From: Patescibacteria group bacterium
GTDB lineage: Bacteria; Patescibacteriota; Minisyncoccia; Phycocordibacterales; Phycocordibacteraceae
Direction of reading: 5' to 3'
DNA: 64,000 nucleotides
NCBI GenBank assembly: GCA_018970425.1
Contig: JAGWWK010000002.1
Coordinates: 7,891-71,890, forward strand
This document shows, piece after piece, positions 1 through 9,187 of the stretch (within the stretch, counting starts at the first letter, position 1; the number at the start of each line of letters is the position of its first letter). The notes below the pieces were generated by a model, which was given only the letters and a program-made list of their open reading frames with translations, was not told the origin of the DNA and ran no database searches. Made by a program: the position numbers and the translations under genes.

Positions 1-64
1 TTCACACGACGAGGCACGGGTAACCGCTCCGGCATTCGAATCTCTGCCCCTACTCGCACCACAC

Positions 65-97
65 CCTCTCAGAATAGCTGGTCGCTATTCTGAGAGG
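65..97 (-). terminator. 14-bp hairpin immediately downstream of tRNA-Ser(CGA)
   Basis: CCTCTCAGAATAGC-tggtc-GCTATTCTGAGAGG perfect inverted repeat; no strong U-tract. Confidence 0.5.
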
Positions 98-103
98 TCG
101 TTG

Positions 104-190
104 CGGAGAGGAAGAGATTCGAACTCTTGAAGAGGTTTCCCCCTTGCCGGTTTTCGAAACCGGTGCTTTCGACCACTCAGCCACCTCTCC
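104..190 (-). tRNA. tRNA-Ser(CGA), long variable arm, CCA not encoded
   Basis: Reverse complement folds as cloverleaf: acceptor GGAGAGG/CCTCTCC, anticodon arm CCGGT-TTCGAAA-ACCGG, T-loop TTCGAAT. Confidence 0.95.
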
Positions 191-239
191 AGTTTATTAA
201 AACAATTTGCGCTACATTGAGCCACTGCTTCAACTCATT

Positions 240-331
240 ACCCTACCGGGAATCGCCCGCGACTGAGAGCCATCTGGCTCTCGTCTGGGCACCGCCTCGG
301 TTACCTTCAGAACCTCCGGCGTTCGATTCCC
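240..331 (-). repeat. tRNA-Glu 3'-tail element (antisense plus sense copy of tRNA 3' end around a structured core)
   Basis: ACCCTACCGGGAATCG at 240-255 equals 337-352; GTTCGATTCCC at 321-331 is the inverted T-arm; core aligns without gaps to 17790-17854. Confidence 0.85.
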
Positions 332-406
332 TGGTGACCCTACCGGGAATCGAACCCGGATTCTCAGCTTGAAAAGCTGGTGTCCTAACCATTAGACGAT
401 AGGGCC
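332..406 (-). tRNA. tRNA-Glu(TTC), CCA encoded
   Basis: GGCCCTA...CCAGC-TTTTCAA-GCTGA...GGTTCGATTCCCGGTAGGGTCACCA. Confidence 0.95.
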
Positions 407-483
407 GTGCCTTTGCACTTAGGGCTACTATACCACTCCCTCTACACTCCTGCTACCCACGTGACATGCGCTATACTCAATCT

Positions 484-1452
484 ATGGATTTAGCACTTGC
501 TCTCGCATTCCTCGGCGGCGGACTGGCAATTTTGGTGTTCGGCGCTGAATATTTAGTCAAAGGTTCGGCATCACTCGCCACACGGATTGGCGTACCTCCG
601 CTTGCGATAGGTCTCACCATCGTAGCCTTCGGCACCTCAACGCCAGAGCTCACAGTGAACCTCTACTCTGCGATAACCGGAGCGACAGATATCGCCATCG
701 GTAACGTAGTCGGATCCAATATCGCTAACATCTTACTGATTCTTGGTGTCTCATCGCTTGTGGCACCACTCGTCGTTAAAAACTCGACCGTATGGAAAGA
801 GATGCCCTTCGCACTCCTTGCAGGAGGACTACTCCTGGTGCTCGGGGCCGATCAAATCATAAGCGGTGCCGGACCTGACATGCTTACCCGCGGCGATGGA
901 CTCGCACTCATGGGGGTCTTCGCGATTTTCATGTACTACGTTGTAGGACTTGCTCGCGCGAACCGCGAAGCCACGAACGCAGAGGCGGTAGAAGAGATGC
1001 CGCTCGCGCGCTCGATAGTGTGTATTGTCATGGGTCTCGGCGCCCTCGTACTTGGCGGTAAGATCCTAGTAGACCAAGCAGTATTCCTGGCGCAGCTAGT
1101 AGGGTTGTCTGAAGCGGTTATTGGTCTCACCGTTGTCGCGGTAGGTACATCGCTGCCTGAACTTGCAACCTCCGTTATAGCAGCAATTCGAGGTCAGTAT
1201 GACATTGCGGTCGGCAACATCATCGGGTCAAACATATTCAATATATTCTGGATCTTAGGACTGACCGCCGTCATCGCCCCACTCCCCATATCACAGAGCT
1301 TCGGCGGAGATATTCTCGTCCTGCTCCTCACGACGCTCCTCCTTTTTCTCTTTATGTTTACGGGACGCAAGTTTGTCCTCGATCGATTCGAGGGCGCGTC
1401 GTTCGTTATTCTCTATATCGCGTACGTAGTATTCTTGCTAACACAGCACTAA
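484..1452 (+). CDS. yrbG: Na+/Ca2+ antiporter (CaCA family, YrbG-like)
   Basis: Two alpha repeats GTSTPEL and GTSLPEL with GNxxGSN motifs; about 10 TM; start chosen 6 nt after TATACT (472-477). Confidence 0.9.
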   Translation: MDLALALAFLGGGLAILVFGAEYLVKGSASLATRIGVPPLAIGLTIVAFGTSTPELTVNLYSAITGATDIAIGNVVGSNIANILLILGVSSLVAPLVVKNSTVWKEMPFALLAGGLLLVLGADQIISGAGPDMLTRGDGLALMGVFAIFMYYVVGLARANREATNAEAVEEMPLARSIVCIVMGLGALVLGGKILVDQAVFLAQLVGLSEAVIGLTVVAVGTSLPELATSVIAAIRGQYDIAVGNIIGSNIFNIFWILGLTAVIAPLPISQSFGGDILVLLLTTLLLFLFMFTGRKFVLDRFEGASFVILYIAYVVFLLTQH

Positions 1453-1636
1453 GCTCGGTCCTCTATAAACCCTCGAGCTTGATGCGCCCAGAGGCGTGCG
1501 CCCATCCGTCGCCTCTTGAGTAGCGTTTTGTTAATTATCTACACTCACACTTTCTGCAACTCGCACTCAGGAATTGCTCCCTCACGCAGAACCTTAGGCA
1601 CTGCTCCACGCGCGTCCACACGACGTCCGCGAGGAC

Positions 1637-1669
1637 GAAAAACCCCCGCACTACTAGCGGGGGTTTTTC
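1637..1669. terminator. bidirectional intrinsic terminator between convergent genes
   Basis: GAAAAACCCCCGC-actacta-GCGGGGGTTTTTC. Confidence 0.8.
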
Positions 1670-3445
1670 TTACTCCTCGATGAAGCCGCCGGCTTGGTGC
1701 GCCCAGAGTCGAGCGTAGCACCCACCCTCCTTCGTCACGAGCACGTCATGCGTACCGTCTTCTACTATCGTACCGCCTTCCATGACGATGATGCGATCCA
1801 TCTCCTTTATCGTCGAGAGTCGGTGCGCGATAGCGATCACAGTCTTCCCTTGCATCAAGGTGTGGAGTGCCTTTTGTATCTCAGCCTCACTTTCAGAGTC
1901 GAGACTCGAGGTCGCCTCGTCGAGGATGAGTATCGGCGCCGCCTTCAGTATCGCGCGAGCGATAGCGATGCGCTGGCGCTGTCCTCCCGAGAGCTTTACG
2001 CCACGCTCACCCACCTCGGTGTCGTAGCCTTTCTCGAGTGCAGAGATAAACTCGTGTGCCTCAGCCTTCTTCGCTGCTTCGACCACCTCTTCGTGCGTGG
2101 CGTCGGGCTTTCCGTACGCAATGTTCTCGCGGATCGTGCGGTGAAAGAGTGCTGGGTCCTGTGGCACGACCGCGATGTGCTCGCGGAGTGAGTCCTGAGT
2201 CACCTCAGCGATATTCTGTCCTCCGAGCGTAATAGCGCCACCCTGTATGTCGTACTGGCGCAAGAGTATCGACACCAGCGTCGTTTTACCCGAGCCTGAC
2301 GGACCGACGAGTCCGACGCGCTCACCCTCTTTGAACGTGAGGTTAAAGTGCTCGAACACGTTTTTGTTTCCGTACGCGAAGGTCACGTCAGAGAGGACGA
2401 TGTCGCCGCCGCCCACGAGCGCCTTGGCACCCGGCGCGTCGACGACCGTGTGCGCTTCGAGTATCTGATCGAGTCCTTCTTTCGTCGTGCCGTACGACTC
2501 TGCGAAGTGGTTAATGTTCATACCGATGTACGAGAACCACCCGAGTATCCCGTTAATCACCGTAATAGACATGATGAACTGTCCTATCGTGAGATGTCCT
2601 TGGTCCCAGAGGTAGTATCCTGCTGCGACCATGCTGAGCGTAAAGAAGCCGAGGAGAATGTTATTTAACAAGAGGAGGAGCTCTGAGTAAAATCCGTTTT
2701 TCCACGTCGCGATGCGCAAGAGCTCACTCTGCTCAGCAACGAAGGCAACTTCTTTCTTGCGATTTGCAAAGTTAATGACCGAAAACATGTTCGACACGAT
2801 GTCGACCACGTAGCCCGAGAGTCGTGAGCGCAGTTCTTCGCGCTCTTTAGCGTACACCGAGGTGTACTTCGAGAGCTGGTAGTTTGTGATGACGAGCACC
2901 ACCATCCACACCGCGAAGAGGCCGGTGAGGACTGGGCTCGCAGTATAGAGGAGTCCAGCCGAGGCCACGAACGCGAGCGCGGTGTTTATAAAGTTCCACA
3001 CCACTGCGTCGACTAAGTCGCGTGCACCGCCAGAGGCGTTCCAAATTTTATTTGCAGTCGAGCCGGACATGCGGTTTGAGAAGTATGGGATCGAGTGGAG
3101 CGACAGGTGCTCGAAGAGTATCGTCGATGCGTGCGAGCGCATCGCAGACGTCCACGTGAGTGCACTCGCCCCCGACGCGCGGTACAAGAGCTGGTGACCA
3201 ATGAGTGTCACCGGGAGCGCCACCACCCACCAGAAAAACTGTCGGTGCGTCGCAAGCCCGCTACTCAGCGCATGTGCGGTGTCGATGAGCTGCTGGTACA
3301 CGTAGTACGTCGCCGTGTCTACCGACACAGCAATGACCATAAAGAAAATAGTAAGCACACCCCACGCCCAGTAGGGGCGCGAGACGTAGAGCGCAAACCG
3401 TATCGGTGTGCGCGGAACGCGTGTGTGTGCAGCGTGTGTGTGCAT
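1670..3445 (-). CDS. ABC exporter, fused permease-ATPase (MdlB/MsbA-like)
   Basis: Six-TM N-terminal half; Walker A GPSGSGKT, LSGGQ, ILDEATS, IAHRLST; start uncertain. Confidence 0.92.
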   Translation of the reverse strand: MHTHAAHTRVPRTPIRFALYVSRPYWAWGVLTIFFMVIAVSVDTATYYVYQQLIDTAHALSSGLATHRQFFWWVVALPVTLIGHQLLYRASGASALTWTSAMRSHASTILFEHLSLHSIPYFSNRMSGSTANKIWNASGGARDLVDAVVWNFINTALAFVASAGLLYTASPVLTGLFAVWMVVLVITNYQLSKYTSVYAKEREELRSRLSGYVVDIVSNMFSVINFANRKKEVAFVAEQSELLRIATWKNGFYSELLLLLNNILLGFFTLSMVAAGYYLWDQGHLTIGQFIMSITVINGILGWFSYIGMNINHFAESYGTTKEGLDQILEAHTVVDAPGAKALVGGGDIVLSDVTFAYGNKNVFEHFNLTFKEGERVGLVGPSGSGKTTLVSILLRQYDIQGGAITLGGQNIAEVTQDSLREHIAVVPQDPALFHRTIRENIAYGKPDATHEEVVEAAKKAEAHEFISALEKGYDTEVGERGVKLSGGQRQRIAIARAILKAAPILILDEATSSLDSESEAEIQKALHTLMQGKTVIAIAHRLSTIKEMDRIIVMEGGTIVEDGTHDVLVTKEGGCYARLWAHQAGGFIEE

Positions 3446-3583
3446 ATATCGCACCTCTCTCTATACTACCCCCTTGGATGCACAAAAAGGCGCCGGTGCG
3501 CCGCGCGATTTTCTCTCTATGCGGGTATACCCGCTCGCGTATCCTTTCGTACAGTCCCCAGGGTTATGAGGAAGTGCTTACTA

Positions 3584-3612
3584 ATATTACACCACATTTA
3601 TACCCCTTGCAA
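3584..3612 (-). promoter_or_regulatory. sigma70-type promoter upstream of ABC exporter leader
   Basis: TTGCAA-17 bp-TAATAT on minus strand. Confidence 0.5.
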
Positions 3613-4146
3613 GTCACTCCAGGGTACTGCCCCTTCGCGTATCAGGACGAGCGACTCGCCCCGAGCGTCGACCACCGTCGACGGAAGCGACTCAGGGAGC
3701 GTGCTCGGCCATGCAGGATCAAAGTAGATCTCTCCCGCTCGGTCACCAAACTGCGAAAGGATATCTGGGACTGTCTTTTGAGTCGACTGACCCGAGACGT
3801 TTGCGCTCGTCGCAGTAATAGGTCCACCAATTTTTTTAATAAGCTCTCGGACGACTGGGTGGTCAGGAACACGCACGCCGATAGTTCCATCATCAGACAG
3901 CTCGTGAGGTAGGTTTTTTGCTTTCAGAATAATGGTGAGCTTTCCGGGTAAAAACTTTTGCACCAAGCGTTCTGCAAGTGGTGTCACTTCGGCATACTCA
4001 CGCATCATCTCGAGCCCTGAGACGGCTATCGAGTAGTGCTTCTCGCCCCCGCTCCCCTTCAAAACGCGGAGCGCGCGTACCGCCTCAGCGTCGCGCGCGT
4101 CGACACCGAGGCCATAGACTGTATCTGTTGGGTAGAGGTAGATCAC
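3598..4146 (-). CDS. tsaC: L-threonylcarbamoyladenylate synthase (Sua5/YrdC family)
   Basis: YPTDTVYGLG, PGKLTII, IGVRVP, TATSANVSG, PSTVVD motifs. Confidence 0.92.
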   Translation of the reverse strand: MIYLYPTDTVYGLGVDARDAEAVRALRVLKGSGGEKHYSIAVSGLEMMREYAEVTPLAERLVQKFLPGKLTIILKAKNLPHELSDDGTIGVRVPDHPVVRELIKKIGGPITATSANVSGQSTQKTVPDILSQFGDRAGEIYFDPAWPSTLPESLPSTVVDARGESLVLIREGAVPWSDLQGV

Positions 4147-4149
4147 GAA

Positions 4150-4347
4150 CTATGCGTTCCAAGGCCACCACGAAGAGTGGAGGAACTTTCTTTGGCGACG
4201 CTTGTGCTTACCGCCCGAGCTACGCTCACTAGCAATACCTTGAGAAATTCCATATAGACCTGCAGCAGAGATAACAGCTGCAATCACCCATGCGACTGGG
4301 CTTGAAACTACATCTTCTAAAAGTTCTGTCGACGCACCTATAGTCAT
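4150..4347 (-). CDS. small hypothetical single-pass membrane protein
   Basis: 65 aa, one hydrophobic helix then basic tail; abuts tsaC start. Confidence 0.5.
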   Translation of the reverse strand: MTIGASTELLEDVVSSPVAWVIAAVISAAGLYGISQGIASERSSGGKHKRRQRKFLHSSWWPWNA

Positions 4348-4529
4348 AGCATCTAAAAACTATCCCGAGAAAGTTCCCCTCAACGTAGGTGAGAGACTCT
4401 TTTTCAGGCCCAGCTTGCTTCTAATCAAGCCGTACTTTATACCTTACTCTTCATTACGCCACAGTGCAATAGTGGTGTGGTGTAATTGCTGTGGCTTAAA
4501 AACCCGATTTGGTGTATAGTTTTAGCCAC

Positions 4530-4602
4530 GGGCGCTTAGCTCAGTTGGTAGAGCATTTCTTTGACGTAGAAAGGGTCAGAGGTTCGAGTCCTCTAGCGCC
4601 CA
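4530..4602 (+). tRNA. tRNA-Val(GAC)
   Basis: GGGCGCT/AGCGCCC acceptor; TTTCT-TTGACGT-AGAAA anticodon arm; GGTTCGAGTCC. Confidence 0.95.
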
Positions 4603-4608
4603 CCCCGT

Positions 4609-4632
4609 AAAACCGGCACTGCCGGTTTTTTT
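4609..4632. terminator. bidirectional terminator between tRNA-Val and orn
   Basis: AAAACCGGC-act-GCCGGTTTTTTT. Confidence 0.75.
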
Positions 4633-5185
4633 ATTTCAACCAGTTCTCGCGGTAGTAGCGGAGCTCTTCGATAGACCCCTTGATGTCATCGAGCGCGCGG
4701 TGTGTCTTACCCTCCTTCATCTTTTGTGCGGCCTCAAAGTACTCCGGGCGCCAGCGTCGTGCGAGCTCTTTCACTGCGGTGACATCGATGTTGCGATAGT
4801 GGAGATAGAAGTAGAGGTCATGCATCTGAAGTCGCATAAATGTGCGGTCGAGCGTCATCGAGTTACCACACAGTGGCGCCGTCTGTGGTGCGCAGTAGGT
4901 CGAAATAAACGTGAGCGTCTCTGCCTCTGCTTCCTGAATAGTTGTAGTCGATGCACGGACACGGTCGATGATCCCCGACTTCTTGTGTATCTCTAGGACC
5001 TCGGGCGGGATGTGGTTAAACCGGTCCATGTCTGCCTGGATCGTAATTTGTGGCCCCTCGGCGATGATCTGTAGGTCTTTGTCTGTAATTATTGTTGCGA
5101 CTTCAGTAATAGTGTCCACCGTTGGATCGACAATAGACGTCATTTCAAAGTCCATCCACACTAAGAGGTCGTCTCGCTGTGCCAT
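4631..5185 (-). CDS. orn: oligoribonuclease (DEDDh)
   Basis: LVWMDFEMT, PLCGNS..DRxF, LHYRNIDV..VKELARRW, HRALDDI. Confidence 0.92.
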   Translation of the reverse strand: MAQRDDLLVWMDFEMTSIVDPTVDTITEVATIITDKDLQIIAEGPQITIQADMDRFNHIPPEVLEIHKKSGIIDRVRASTTTIQEAEAETLTFISTYCAPQTAPLCGNSMTLDRTFMRLQMHDLYFYLHYRNIDVTAVKELARRWRPEYFEAAQKMKEGKTHRALDDIKGSIEELRYYRENWLK

Positions 5186-5211
5186 GTGATTTTTGCTACA
5201 CTCACCATACC

Positions 5212-6270
5212 ATGCGTGTCCTAGCAATAGAAACCTCGTGCGATGAAACCGCGGTCTCGATTCTTGAATGTTCAGGTAGCGTGAGTGGGGCGACCTTCCG
5301 CGTGCTCGGAAACGCGCTCTACTCGCAAGCTGATCTCCATGCTCAATACGGTGGCGTCTTCCCTACCCTCGCGAAGCGCGAACATATTAAGAACCTTCCC
5401 GTCATGTATGCGGAAGCGATGCGGCAAGCTGGAAACCCGACCGTCGACCTTATCGCAGTAACCCAAGGTCCTGGACTTGAGCCCGCGCTTTGGACGGGCA
5501 TTGAATACGCAAAGGAGCTTGGTGACACGCTTGGCGTACCCGTCTTTGGCACTGATCACATGGAAGGCCACATCGTCTCAGGACTCGTCTCGCAAAATGA
5601 CGCATCCTCGTACACCCTTTCTGCTCCAGCCTTCCCTATACTTGGATTACTTATTTCTGGCGGGCACACCGAGCTCGTCCTCATGCGTACGTGGCACCAG
5701 TACGAGCTCGTCGGTCGCACGCTCGACGACGCCGTGGGCGAAGCGTTCGACAAAGTTGCCCGCATGCTCGACCTCCCCTACCCCGGCGGACCGCGGATAG
5801 AGAAGCTAGCCGCTCAAGCAAGCGCACGCGGAGCGGTCCACGATATAGTATTTCCGCGACCAATGCTGCATGACAAGAGCTGCAACTTCTCATTCTCAGG
5901 ACTCAAGACTGCCGTTCTCTATCGCATACGCGAAATGAAAGATTTGTCAGACGATGATAAGGAGCATATCGCACAGGCCTTCCAAGATGCCGCACGGGAA
6001 GTGCTCGTGGCAAAAACCAAGAAAGCTTTGCTCGAAACTGGTGCACGCACGCTCGCGGTAGGCGGTGGTGTCTCCGCGAGCAAAAATATTCGCGCAGGAC
6101 TTGAAGATCTTGTCCGGACTGACTTTCCTGAAGTCCACCTCTCGTACCCTACTGGCGGTCTCCACCTCGACAACTCCATCATGATAGGTATGGCCGCATA
6201 CCTCCGCCACGCGGCCGGGTACCCTAGTGGCCCCCTTGAGGCCCGAGGGGCGCAAAAACTGGCTCCGTGA
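5212..6270 (+). CDS. tsaD: tRNA N6-threonylcarbamoyltransferase
   Basis: LAIETSCDET, GPGL, HMEGH, SGGHT, DDAVGEAFDK, FSFSGLKTA. Confidence 0.96.
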   Translation: MRVLAIETSCDETAVSILECSGSVSGATFRVLGNALYSQADLHAQYGGVFPTLAKREHIKNLPVMYAEAMRQAGNPTVDLIAVTQGPGLEPALWTGIEYAKELGDTLGVPVFGTDHMEGHIVSGLVSQNDASSYTLSAPAFPILGLLISGGHTELVLMRTWHQYELVGRTLDDAVGEAFDKVARMLDLPYPGGPRIEKLAAQASARGAVHDIVFPRPMLHDKSCNFSFSGLKTAVLYRIREMKDLSDDDKEHIAQAFQDAAREVLVAKTKKALLETGARTLAVGGGVSASKNIRAGLEDLVRTDFPEVHLSYPTGGLHLDNSIMIGMAAYLRHAAGYPSGPLEARGAQKLAP

Positions 6271-6282
6271 TACCATTTTTAA

Positions 6283-8442
6283 ATGCTCGACCCCAAGTTC
6301 CTTAAGCCCTACGATGCGCAGTCCTCTGAAGGCCGCATCTACAGTACGTGGGAGAATTCCGGCTATTGCAACCCTGACAACTTGCCTCACAACCGCACGG
6401 AGCCGTTTTCTATTGTTCTGCCGCCTCCTAACGTTACCGGTACCCTCCACATGGGCTCAGCGCTCATGCTCGCACTTGAAGATATGATTGTGCGCTACAA
6501 GCGTATGCAAGGATTCAAAACACTCTGGATCCCAGGCACTGACTCTGCTGCCATAGCAACGCAGGCACGCGTAGAAAAAAATATTCAAAATGCCGAGGGC
6601 AAGAGCAGGTATGACCTGGGGCGTGAAGAGCTCCTCAGACGGATTGATGTGTATGTAGAATCAACCAAAAATATAATTATTGGGCAGATGCGTGCCACGG
6701 GCGCTTCTCTCGACTGGTCGCGCTACGCCTACACAATGGATGCTGAGCGCTACAGCGCTGTGATGCACGCGTTTATCAAAATGTACGAAGCGGGTCTTAT
6801 CTACCGGGGGAACCGTATCGTCAACTGGGACCCGAAGGGACAAACAACCATCTCAGACGATGAAATTGTGTATGAGGAGCGAGACGCAATGCTTTACACG
6901 TTTACCTATGGAAAGGAGTTTCCTATCCCTATCGCAACGACCAGGCCTGAAACAAAAGTTGGCGATGTGGCGGTTGCAGTGCACCCGTCCGATGAGCGCT
7001 ACGCTGAATACGTCGGCAACGTATACGACGCTGTCTTTTGCGATGTACCCATTCGCATCACGGTCGTTGCCGACCACACAGTAGACAGGGAGTTTGGAAC
7101 TGGTGCCGTCGGAGTTACCCCGGCGCACTCACTCGCTGACTGGGATATTGCTGACCGGCACAACTTACAACGCCCGCAAGTCATAAATGAGTACGCAAAG
7201 ATGACGGTCGAGGGCCGCTTGCACGGAAAAAAGACAACTGTCGCGCGCGAAGAGGTGGTCGCCTGGCTCAGATCCGAAGGACTGCTCATTACGGAGGAAA
7301 AAATTAAGCACAATGTTGCAACTGCTGAGCGGACCGGCGGTATTATCGAGCCTTTGCCAAAGCTCCAGTGGTTTGTTGCGGTAAATAAAGAGTTTACCCG
7401 CCCTGATGGCACCGTCGATACGCTCAAGGAGGTCATGCGCCGCGCTGTAGACTCGGGCAAGACAACATTCCTCACTGAGCGCTTCGAAAAGCAGTATCGA
7501 CACTGGGTCGAGAATCTCCGCGACTGGTGTATCTCTCGTCAAATTTGGTTCGGGCACCGTATCCCCGTGTGGTACCAGGGCGATGCTAGTAAGGTCCAGG
7601 TGACGTCCCCCGGCGAAGGATGGTCGCAAGACGAAGACGTGCTCGATACCTGGTTTTCCTCCGGACTCTGGACCATGACCACGCTCGGCTGGCCCAATGA
7701 TACTGAAGACCTGCGAACGTATCACCCCACCGCACTTATTGAAACTGGGTACGATATTCTTTCCTTCTGGGTCGCGCGCATGATACTCATGAGCGGTTTT
7801 TTCCTCAACGATGTGCCGTTTAAAACAGTCTACTTTCACGGAATTGTCCGCGACGGCCAAGGGCGCAAGATATCAAAGTCGTTAGGCAACAACATTGATC
7901 CCGTCGACCTAGCGGCAAAGTATGGTATGGACGCGGTACGCATCGCGCTCATTATGGGTATGGCTCCCGGCACCGACTCAAAGGTAGATGAAAACAAAAT
8001 CCGTGGCTACAAAAATTTTGCAAATAAAATTTGGAATATTGCTCGCTTCGTCCTTGAGAACACTGAAGGTACTGACCTCACGGAAACTCATGTCTTTTCC
8101 GCTGAAGACCAAGAAGACCTTGCGGCACTCAGCCGTACCGTGCTCGATGTCACGAAGCATATGGACGAGTACCGCGTCGACCTCGCCGCAGATCGCGCGT
8201 ATCACTACGTATGGCACACGTTTGCAGATGAGGTCATTGAGCGGGCAAAACCAATTCTCAAAGGCACCGACGCGGTGGCACAGCGTGCAACTGCCGCGAA
8301 ACTGTATACCATCCTTACCACCTCACTCAAACTCCTCCACCCGTTTATGCCGTTTGTGACGGAGGAAATCTGGCTGGCGCTCCCGCAAAAAGACGCGGAG
8401 CTCTTACTCATCGCTCCCTGGCCAAAATCCGCGATACAATAA
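6283..8442 (+). CDS. valS: valine--tRNA ligase (short form)
   Basis: PPPNVTGTLHMG, DWCISRQIWFGH, DVLDTWFSS, KISKS, LHPFMPFVTEEIW. Confidence 0.96.
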   Translation: MLDPKFLKPYDAQSSEGRIYSTWENSGYCNPDNLPHNRTEPFSIVLPPPNVTGTLHMGSALMLALEDMIVRYKRMQGFKTLWIPGTDSAAIATQARVEKNIQNAEGKSRYDLGREELLRRIDVYVESTKNIIIGQMRATGASLDWSRYAYTMDAERYSAVMHAFIKMYEAGLIYRGNRIVNWDPKGQTTISDDEIVYEERDAMLYTFTYGKEFPIPIATTRPETKVGDVAVAVHPSDERYAEYVGNVYDAVFCDVPIRITVVADHTVDREFGTGAVGVTPAHSLADWDIADRHNLQRPQVINEYAKMTVEGRLHGKKTTVAREEVVAWLRSEGLLITEEKIKHNVATAERTGGIIEPLPKLQWFVAVNKEFTRPDGTVDTLKEVMRRAVDSGKTTFLTERFEKQYRHWVENLRDWCISRQIWFGHRIPVWYQGDASKVQVTSPGEGWSQDEDVLDTWFSSGLWTMTTLGWPNDTEDLRTYHPTALIETGYDILSFWVARMILMSGFFLNDVPFKTVYFHGIVRDGQGRKISKSLGNNIDPVDLAAKYGMDAVRIALIMGMAPGTDSKVDENKIRGYKNFANKIWNIARFVLENTEGTDLTETHVFSAEDQEDLAALSRTVLDVTKHMDEYRVDLAADRAYHYVWHTFADEVIERAKPILKGTDAVAQRATAAKLYTILTTSLKLLHPFMPFVTEEIWLALPQKDAELLLIAPWPKSAIQ

Positions 8443-8448
8443 GCGGAG

Positions 8449-9183
8449 ATGGATATGTTACCTCTCTTGCCCACAGCGCTCAGCGCGGTGGCACTTGGCT
8501 TTTTCCCCATCATCATTTGGCTTGCCTTTTGGCTCATTGAGGATCGGCGCCACCCGGAACCGCGTCAACGCCTCCTCGTTGCATTTATGGCGGGAATGCT
8601 TTCAGTACCATTTGTACTTGGTGCTCAGGCAGGCGCCTACGCCTTTGTGACCTATGGGACCCTGCTGTTATTCATCTGGGCCACTATCGAGGCGATTGCC
8701 AAAATTTTCTTTGCGTGGTTTTTCGTCCTTCGCGACTCAGCTGTCGATGAGCCGATAGACATTCCAGTCTACCTAATCACTGTTTCCCTGGGTTTTGCAG
8801 CACTTGAAAATACACTCTTCCTCGTACAGCCCCTTATGTATGAAGGATTTGCTATTTCTGCCACAACGGGCGGCTTGCGCTTCATTGGCCCCACGCTCAT
8901 CCACGTCCTCGACGCAGTTATAATCGGCTCAGCGCTTGCTCTTGCGTTCTTCCGCAGTCGCGGAGAGAAAATACTGTACGGCCTCATCGGAATTATCCTC
9001 GCTGCCGCATTGCATGCGACGTTTAACATTCTTATAATAGCTACAGATGCGGAGCAATCGCTCAGTATCTTTCTCGGCGTATGGGTCGCAATTATCTTTG
9101 CACTCCTCATGCTTGAGAGGATTAAACTGTTGCATCCTCCCGCCTGGTGGGAAAAAGTATTTATAAGCTCACGTGATCGCTAA
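8449..9183 (+). CDS. prsW: PrsW-family intramembrane metalloprotease
   Basis: D-x3-PEP, GFAALEN, LHATFN motifs; EE motif reads EA (IEAIAK). Confidence 0.8.
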   Translation: MDMLPLLPTALSAVALGFFPIIIWLAFWLIEDRRHPEPRQRLLVAFMAGMLSVPFVLGAQAGAYAFVTYGTLLLFIWATIEAIAKIFFAWFFVLRDSAVDEPIDIPVYLITVSLGFAALENTLFLVQPLMYEGFAISATTGGLRFIGPTLIHVLDAVIIGSALALAFFRSRGEKILYGLIGIILAAALHATFNILIIATDAEQSLSIFLGVWVAIIFALLMLERIKLLHPPAWWEKVFISSRDR

Positions 9184-9187
9184 CCGT

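Noticed and set aside
240-352. Prophage or genomic island attL/attR at tRNA 3' duplications (also 9810-9913 and 17771-17937)
   Set aside because: Repeats are only 76-148 bp apart with no integrase or cargo; kept as tail elements instead.
1453-1636. Possible small RNA between yrbG and the ABC exporter terminator
   Set aside because: Only short stems (TTCTGC/GCAGAA, CGTCC/GGACG) and a weak -10; insufficient support.
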